Under the pieces are notes generated by a model. That model made no database searches. It was not told where the DNA came from and saw only the letters and a program-made list of their open reading frames with translations. The position numbers and the translations under genes were made by a program. From Tubulanus polymorphus (Eukaryota > Animalia > Nemertea), in the NCBI RefSeq assembly GCF_964204645.1, contig NC_134032.1:10962275-11026274 (forward strand): DNA of 64,000 bases, read 5' to 3'. Numbering within the stretch: the stretch's first letter is position 1; every line of letters begins with the position of its first letter. This document shows positions 53,401 to 62,400 of the stretch, one piece after another.

Positions 53401-56400
53401 TGGCCGCATGTCGGGAGGTGACCTCGTCAGGCGCGGTCGCCTTAGGAAACGGAGACGGTAGCCACGAGAGACGACCCGGGAGGGCCAACCATCTCCAAAA
53501 AGGTCGGACCAGTGGGTTGCTGCCTTCTGCAGACAACCTCCCACTGGTCCCAAGAATTCATTTCGAGTTTTTCCGAAAGGAAGAGCCCCTTTTTGGAGCC
53601 TTCCCCTTGCCTCGATACGAACCGGAACTGTTACGACCGGACGAGGCTTGACACGATTGTTGAAGTTGCGCGCTAGTTCTCCAACCGGCATCCGAAGCCG
53701 CCTGAGAAAGCGCTGAAGTTTGAGATGGTCCTGTTTGCGTCCGTGCCGAACCTTGCGCCGCCGGCGTCGGACCAGAACGCTTTTTCCACGGAGTTCGGGG
53801 GTTGGACTTGGCCTGAACCTCCCGAATCTTCCTCAGCTCTGCGGAAACCGGAGCGCACCAACCGGAGAAGAGACGTGAAGACGTCCCCAATGGGGCTCTC
53901 AGCAAAGCATTGGACACCATATCCGGTAGACGAGTTTTGGCACTGGAGTCCATCACTGACTGACGGGAGGCTAACACCAGATTAGCCTGACCCCGAACCG
54001 ACAACGGAATTACATGCGAAACAGACCGAGCCAAAGATTGGATAATCCGGTCCATTCCCTCCAGTTTTAGGGCAACTGACTCTGGGTCGGAGCCCGCATG
54101 AACGGCGGCGTGAGTCTCGCGAAGCTCACCCGTCAACACCTTAAGTGCCATATCTTGAAACGAACCAACCCTGGTAAGATTGTCCAGGATTGACGTCATG
54201 GCCACCAAACCGGACTTAGGCAAACGAATACCCGACTGTGCTGTAACAGTATCCGGGCTGATCAAAGTATAATCAGCATCCAGGCAGTTATGACTGTGAT
54301 CCACAGCACCTGGAGTTGCGTAATACGCCGAGCGAAATGCGCCTATAGGTGGATCGGTTGAACTAAAATATTTCCCAGATTTCATACCCCGTTCTGGAGG
54401 GGGAAATGAAAAAGTTTCAGGCCGACATTCACCCCATAATTGCGTATCCAATCGAGCCCATTCTCTTGAAACCGCTGACGATTCCCGTAAAACGTTAAGA
54501 TCGGAGTCCGGAGGGCGATAAGCTTCCATTGACTCACCGACCAGAGGAGCTGCTGTGGGCTTAGCGCGAGTTGCCCCGTGCTTGACAAAGAACTCACTTA
54601 TCATCGCTCTAAATGGCATGTCCCCCGCTGGTTCGGATAAAACTGAACGGGACGGAGATACATTGCGAGCCAGGGAAGCCCCCATCGTCTGGGGCAACCC
54701 ACAATTGCTTGCGACAGGAACGACCCCAGAAGGAATTGCCGCCTCTGGGACCGGATCCTCATTGAAATCAGACCCTACCGCAGCATCCAGGAATTCAGAG
54801 TCAGAATTCCGAAAAACTGAGTGGGCTGGCGAACTTCTAACCGGACAATCAGGAATAGGCTTACCTGTTGTAGAAGTTGCAGCGACTTGTTGCGACGAAG
54901 ATAACAAGTTTAAAATTTTCTCCTCAAATACATGGAAATCCTTCTGAGTCAGGTATTTTCCAGTATCCCGACGATCATGCCGACTTCGGTGACGGTCCCT
55001 CGAACGGGATCGCGACCTACTAGAAGAATCGCTTTCATCGCTAACCGACGTCGACGAACGATGAGAAGACCGACGGCGAAACTTCCGACAATAACGATCG
55101 TAGTCCCTCTCGCGATCAAACCTTGATCTGCGAGAAGGAGATCTTGCTCGTTTATTACGCTCACGGCGTCTAAATCTAGTGGGAGAGCGAGCTCTATCCC
55201 CGGAGCGACGATCAGAATCAGACGATGAACGTACCGGATGTTTTGAACCGGACGACGTCTGGACCGGACCGGTGGCCGAACCGGACCGAACCGGACCGAT
55301 GCCCGACCCGGACCGGACCGGTACCGACCGAACCGGTGCGGGCCGTTCGCGACTACCGCGGCGCGCGCTCGGTTCCGAACATGTAGTCTGAACCGGCCGA
55401 ACCGGCCGAACCGGTGAACGACCAGAGACCGGTGAATGACCGGAGACCGGTGCCGGTGAACGACCAGAGACCGGTGAATGACCGGAGACCGGTGCCGGTG
55501 AACCAGCGTTCCTCCCCGGTGAACGGAGTTGGGAAGCCGATCGTACCTGAACGACCGGCGACCGCTCCGCTTTACGATAAGAAACAGGATTAGAAACGTC
55601 GGTTGGCACATCGGCCGAAACCGACGAATCCCTGCTAACTCGACGACGATCTCTTAGTTTAAGAGCCTTATCGGCCCGAAGCCAAAGGTCCTCGGACCAC
55701 ACGACGCAAATATTGCAAGGATTGCTCCTTGCACATATTTGACCGGATTTGCGCCTGCACGACGCACATGAATCGTGGTTGTCCCAGGCGCCAAACAAAT
55801 GCCCGCATCCCTCCCCGCCACGATGCTGACCCTTAGGAGGGGGTGGCATAATTATCCTGTTACAAATCAAAACAATTCAATTCAATTCAATCAAATTATA
55901 TTTGTAAATAAAATTCTTACGGAAAAAAAGAAATCAGGGATAACCCCCAAACCGAACGGACTCACCGTTACGAGAGTGAAAACTCCCTAATATCCTAATT
56001 CCCAGATTTTTACGGCGAAAAAATCCAACGCGTTCTACTGCGAGAACGCCAAGAAAAAAGATGGCGGATTTCGCCGGTGGCTAAATGCAATACCGCAGGG
56101 CCGGGTCGTATAGAAAAACCATTGACGATAAATCCAAATTTAGAAAATATTGGCAAAAACCATAGGAAAGGGTACAGTACTCGATGGAAATATGTAAATA
56201 GTACATTTGATTCCACTTTATTCGGCCTCATACAATGTAGAGTACAAGGGAGATTGAAGTAAAATTCCAGAGCAATTTCATTTCTTAAGTTGACCGGTAC
56301 TGACTAAAGTTGAAAGTCTAATGTGGCTATGTAGCTTCTAAGCCTGGGTTTAGGCTATTGGTTCTAACAAGCCTACTCAGATGAAGCAAAGAATCTAAGA

Positions 56401-59400
56401 AGAATAACGCCAAAGTGAGTTCGAGTCAACGTAGATGCGATTTGTATCGTTCGAACACTTACCGAGAACTAATGGTTTACTTGCACTAGCGCCACCTGTA
56501 CAGAACCAACCAGCGCTGCAATTACCATTCGGCGTCGATCGGCCGTGACCTTCGCAATACTGTCCGGCGGGACACAGCAAACAAGCGGAACTATTCTGCT
56601 GCCCGGTATACGGGTTATACGTGCCCGGCGGGCATTGGAACTGTAAACCGTGTTCGGTGCCCGATGGGCAGTAACTACCGGTCGGACAGATATCTTGAGT
56701 CGGGTTTGTCGTATTCAGAACGCAATAGTAACCAGCCGGACATTGTTCACATGAGGCTTGACCTAAGTTTTAAAATGAAATTATCTTCCAGTAAATTCCT
56801 TTCCATGTAATTTGGTACCCATCTCCGCAGATGGATACAGACATGACTACCTTGGTATGTGTTATAGTAGTTACACCTCAATGTTACTGAGGTTAAATTG
56901 ATAATGAACCAGAAATCATTCTGACTTTGAGGATTCTAGCAATAATTGTGCTCTTTAAAGGGTAGTAGCAGGTAGTCAGGAATCTGTGTATTTATAGGGC
57001 GAGATGATAACCTTACCTTTCTGCAGGTTGTAAGTTCCCGTCGGACACGGCAGCGGGTGCGCGGAACCAACCGGGCAGTAAGTCCCGGTCGGGCATTCCG
57101 CTCCGACACCTTTATGCGGCAAGGAATCACTGGGCGTGGCTGTATCAGATCCGTACTCGCAGTAGTGACCGGCGGTACAGAGTCCATCCGGCGACGACAT
57201 GCCGGCGGTACCGCAAAACGACCCACCTGACGAGAAAAAAAGGATTGTAAAAGGAATTTATTCGAGCTCGTAAAAGTGGACAGCGATTGCTATAACGCAA
57301 CGTCGTACCAACTTTATAGGAACGATTTTTATCTAACCGAATGGTTAACGTTGACATTCAGTCAAAAAACATCCTGTGAACCTCAAGATAATTACAACGG
57401 TGCATGAACGTTAAAACATTAATGAAAGACCATTAAAAAATGTTGTTTGAACGTTTTCTTGTTCGCTGGGTCAGGCCTGGCTTGACGTTTTTGATAGGGC
57501 TAAATTTGGCCCGGACCAAACAGGCACTAGCCCATTTGGCACCTATGTAAACAGTTGTTCTGGGCCTAATTTGGTACGGGCCAAAAATGCTTGTGTGATT
57601 ATGGCTATAGTGATTTTATCCTTCAATTACAGAACTGGATTCAGATTACTTGGATTACTTAGAGAATGATTATGATATCAATCTTTTCTCACCTGTGCAT
57701 TGAGTACACTGTGATTCTTGTGTCAGTCCCGTCGCATTCGTGAACGTGCCAGTCGGACACGGCTGCAAATCGGCACCAGTTCCTTCCGGGCAGTAGTGCC
57801 CTCTACGACACGGATCGGCGCGGTCCCTGTTCACGCAGTAGTGCCCGGCCGGGCAGACGTAGCAAGCAGACGCGCCCGTGTGATTCATGAACGTTCCGTT
57901 GCCACACGGTTCCGGTTTCACCGAGCCGAGCGTACAGTAGTGACCGGTATCGCAAATATCGCCCGACACTCCGTCTGTCGGCGTTGTCGTGTTACTACCC
58001 AGAGTGCAATAGTATCCGGCTGAACACGGCCCGGTAACGTTCGTTTTACCGAGACTATCGCAGTAAAATCCTGAAATAAAGAGTTTTCAGAGATGAAATT
58101 CATCAGGGCAGCCACTTTTATTTGACTTCCTTTTTCCCCGACTATTCCCTGACATGCACGTTGTTTTACCTGACTTGATCTGTTAAGAATCAAATCAATT
58201 AACAGTCAAATATGTAAAGCATAGACAGAAACTTTTTGACTTAATGTGCAATCTAGTTATCTCAACAAATTTCCCTGACTTTTCTCTGATTTTTAGTTTT
58301 TTTTAAAACAAAATTCTCTGACTATTCCCAGACTGTTTTTAAGATCAGAAAATTCGCTGACCCTTCCCTGATTTCCAGGTAAGTGGCCACCCTATTCTCT
58401 ACATAGACTCAATTTGAAAAAAAATACATCGAAAAATAACAAATCTACGAACCTGGTGTGCATTTCGTACACTGATCTACGTCGGCGAGGCCGGTCTGAT
58501 CGCTGAACGAGCCCGGGGGACAAGGCTGCCCGACGCTCGTTCCGTTCGGGCAGTAAGAGCCCGCCGGGCAAACATCGCCGTAAGCTTTCGACGTCGGGTT
58601 GATCTCCTTCGACCCTCCGCTGCAGTAAAATCCTGTGTGAATAAAAATAAATTCCTATTTCTTTGACAACTTCTTAACTATGAAATTAGGAAATATAGCA
58701 TACACCTTTTAGATAGTTAACTTATGTATTTAAGCCGGACACTAGGTCAATAATTTTCAAACTATCTTTTATCTCGAAGAAAAGTTCAAGAGCCTTTTAA
58801 AAGCTTACCAGCCCAGCAAGGTCCAGAAACCTGCGTTAAACCAGTTTGTCCGCAGTAATGTCCCGGGGTACAAGCGTCGCACGAGGCGACCTGCATCAAG
58901 CCAGTGCGATTACTGAACGTTCCCAGCGGGCATTGAACCCCCGTGACGCTGCCGACCTCGCAATAAGATCCAGCCGGACAGATATCGCCGGTGCCTCCGT
59001 CTAGCGGGGTCGAAACGAAAGCGCTGAGGGTACAGTAGTAACCGGCGCTGCAAGCGGCGGTCGGCGAAATATTACCTGAAATTCAAGATTTTTTTGGAGA
59101 ACATCTTACACGGCTTTAAGTAAATGGTTTTTATTGAAGAAATAAATTTTCAGTTTTAAGACCTTTTTCTACAAATATAGAAATTTTCATGGTCACTTAC
59201 CTTCACCACTACAGTAGAACCCAGGATCGCACGGGGTGCACTGAACCGCCGAGACCAGTCCGGTTTTGTTACTATAACTGCCCGCCGGGCACAAGTATTC
59301 CATCTCGCTTTTCGTTCCGCTCGGACAATACGATCCCGCCGGGCAGATAGTCAGTACGGCAACGCCTCGGTAACTGCGATACCTACCGGAATAGTTACCG

Positions 59401-62400
59401 CTTACCGTTACGTTCGGAGCGTCTAAATCGATATAATCACCTAAAACACAAAAATTATTGTATTACCTGATAGAAAATTTTGTATATGCTGTAGAAATTC
59501 TATATTTTGCACTATTAATATTTTTTGTCAAAATGCAAATCTTTACAATCGAAATTTAACTAGATTTAGCTAAAACATTATTAGGAAAATAGCACAGGAT
59601 TTCACTAGGTATTGAAGGAGTTTTCAAGTAATTTTCAACCTACCAAATGCTTTACAGTAAGATCCTTGCGGGCAGACGTCACAGGTCGACTGTCTCCAAT
59701 GCGGCTGATAAAAACCGGACGGACAGCCGGTCTGGTTGTGACTGCCTTGTAGACAGAAATGTCCCGGACTGCATCCGAAATCGGTCGGTCGCGGCGACGA
59801 CTGACCCTCCGGGCAGTAATAGCCGGCGTCGCACGGGTTCGTGGGCGCGTCCTGCCCGAATTGATCGCAATACATTCCGGGTGTACACAGCTCACAATCG
59901 GTGATGTTCACATTACCAGTGCGACCTGAAAATTGATTTAAAGATGATTTGAAAACCATTTTTCATCTAGATGAAAATCTCGGTTTAATCCAACTGAAGT
60001 TTTGTAGATTGCAATTGGTTGTTCAAACATAGGCAATAGTAAAATCGGTAAAATTTATACATACCTGAAAAAGTTCCCGGATTGCAAGCGACCTCGATTG
60101 TCGTACCGATCGGACAATAATGGCCGCTGCTGCACGGTACCGGGTTGTTCACCTCAGCCGTTCCGTTACAGAAATAACCAGCTAAACAGTCACCAGATGG
60201 CGTAGCTAGACCGTCTGTCTCGCAGTATTTTCCCGGAGGACACGGTATGGGCCTGTCAGCTCCTTGCGGACAGTAATAACCTGGAGATAGATAGGGTAAG
60301 ATATATAGAGATAGATAAAGTAAGTTTTTATAAATAAATCCCTCATTGAAATACTACTTTCATATTAAACAGATTTGAGTTCATATTTTCATTCAATTTA
60401 TCTATAAATTCAAAATCAAATGCAAAAGTAAACTTTTAAGGAAGTTTTCATAGTAATCTATCAGATAAACATTTTGCAAATTTCAACTATGGCAGGGTGG
60501 CCACTTAGTGTCAATTTACAAATTCCCTGATTGTTCTATGTTATGACACAAAATTCCCTTGAGTACTCTTGATTTAAAATGTTACAGCATATATTCATTT
60601 TTTGTGAATACTGATGAAGAAACATGGCCAATAATGTATCCACATTCCCTGGGTTTTCTAGGTGCATTGCACAATTAGTAAATTTTCCGTGATTTTTCTG
60701 ATTCCCTGAGTTTTCCATGTTTTCCAGGTCAGTGGCCTCCCTGTATGGCAACTACCGATAAATGAAACAAATGATCTTTACCTTTCGGACAAGTGTTTCC
60801 AGTACTGTTCAGCGAATAGATCGGACAAGTGCTGTTACTGGCTAGAGGAATGCTACTCAGGTCGACAGACGGAAGCGGTCGCGGTTGGTACGCGCCGCGT
60901 GAACAATACCAGCCCGGATCGCAATCGCTCACCGGTTCCGATAAACCGGCACCCTGGCAGTGTTTACCAGCTGAAAGAACGGAGATGCAAAATTTTTTAA
61001 ACATATTTCTTAAAATGTGATCCTATTCATATATCAATCATCAATCATCATAATGAAAATTTAAGATACAGTAAGTTGGTACATATATCAGATAAACAAG
61101 ACATATCATTGCTTAAACAGTCGTATAACTCATTTCTTAAATTAAACTGTTCAAACCAAAACTCAATCTGAAATATGTATTTTTCTTTCTCTTGAATTTG
61201 GATCGTTTTTTACTTACGTAAACAAGGTAGACATTCGAAAGCAGACGTAGCCGTGGTTTTGTTATTGTATGTACCAGACGGACATTCGAACTGAAGGGCA
61301 TACGCGGTACCTTCCGGACAGTAGGCACCTGCAAGATTCAAATCATCGGTGATACAAAATTATGCGTTTGTTTGCGATGAAACCGTGAATGTGTCTTGGA
61401 TGGGAGATTATATTTGTCTCTAGTTTTTTACCTTTTGGACACGGAGTATCGAGGAAAGTGGTTGAATTCGCCGGACAGTAGTAACCAGCCGCGCACGGCT
61501 GGCAGACGGACTGATGAGTTTGATCGGTGTACGAACCGGCTGGACAGCCGATCGGCAAAGCAGTGCCTTCTGGACAATAATGGCCAACTGGGCAACCATC
61601 TGAAATAAACCAACCAATTATCACACATCGTAGGATGGCCACATTTACAAATCCCCTGGACCCGGTGGTTCCACAGTTGTGAGTAAGAGTTAACTCCAAG
61701 TTAAAAGTAGTTCACTTTCAATGAACTGTGGAACTGGGTACTGAGTTTCTCCATGTCATGTGAGAAATTTCTAGATAAAAATGTTACAATTCATTCATAT
61801 TTTACTGAATCGTGTATTGATAAAGAAATATGTGGTTAATAGCATCATCCAAATCCCTAAGTTTTCCAAATTTTTTGGTAAAATTTGTCAAATTCCCCAA
61901 GTTTTCCCAGATTTTTTTCTAGATTCTTCTGATACCCCAAGTTTTCCTGGATTTCCAGGTCAGTGGCCGACCTGATCAAGGATGAAGTTGTCATTTCACA
62001 TTTCAAAACATGATAACTTCTCAATCTTATTATAAGAAGTAAAGTTAATGGGTACGCAACGTTGACACGATTCGAATTTGTTGACCTACTTACCGCCACT
62101 TCCTGTGTTATTGTTGCTAGGCGCTGGCGTATTGACACCGATTTCGCAGTAGTACCCGGGCGCGCAATTTCCATTGACGGTCACCGAACCCGGCTGGTCG
62201 CAGTATTTACCACCGTCGCATTGAGTGCATTCTGACGCGGCCTGTAACATCTCGACCGGGCCGTATGTGCCCTGCGGACACAACTGTTGATTGTGGCCCG
62301 TGTTTCCTGGACAGTAACGCCCCCTGGGGCATGGTTCAGCGCGGTCACCGTTCACGCAGTAGTAACGGGCCGGACAGATATCGCAAACAGCGGCCTCGGT

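Larger units (their letters stand above)
50031..56193 (-). mobile_element. DIRS1-type tyrosine-recombinase retrotransposon, full length, in intron 49928-56462 of the giant gene (same strand)
   Basis: Inverted terminal repeats, internal complementary region and overlapping gag / RT-RH-MT / YR ORFs; no conventional TSD. Confidence 0.96.

Noticed and set aside
50031-56193. Prophage or bacterial integrative element (integrase plus methylase)
   Set aside because: RT/RNase H, ITR plus ICR structure and gag identify a eukaryotic DIRS1 retrotransposon.
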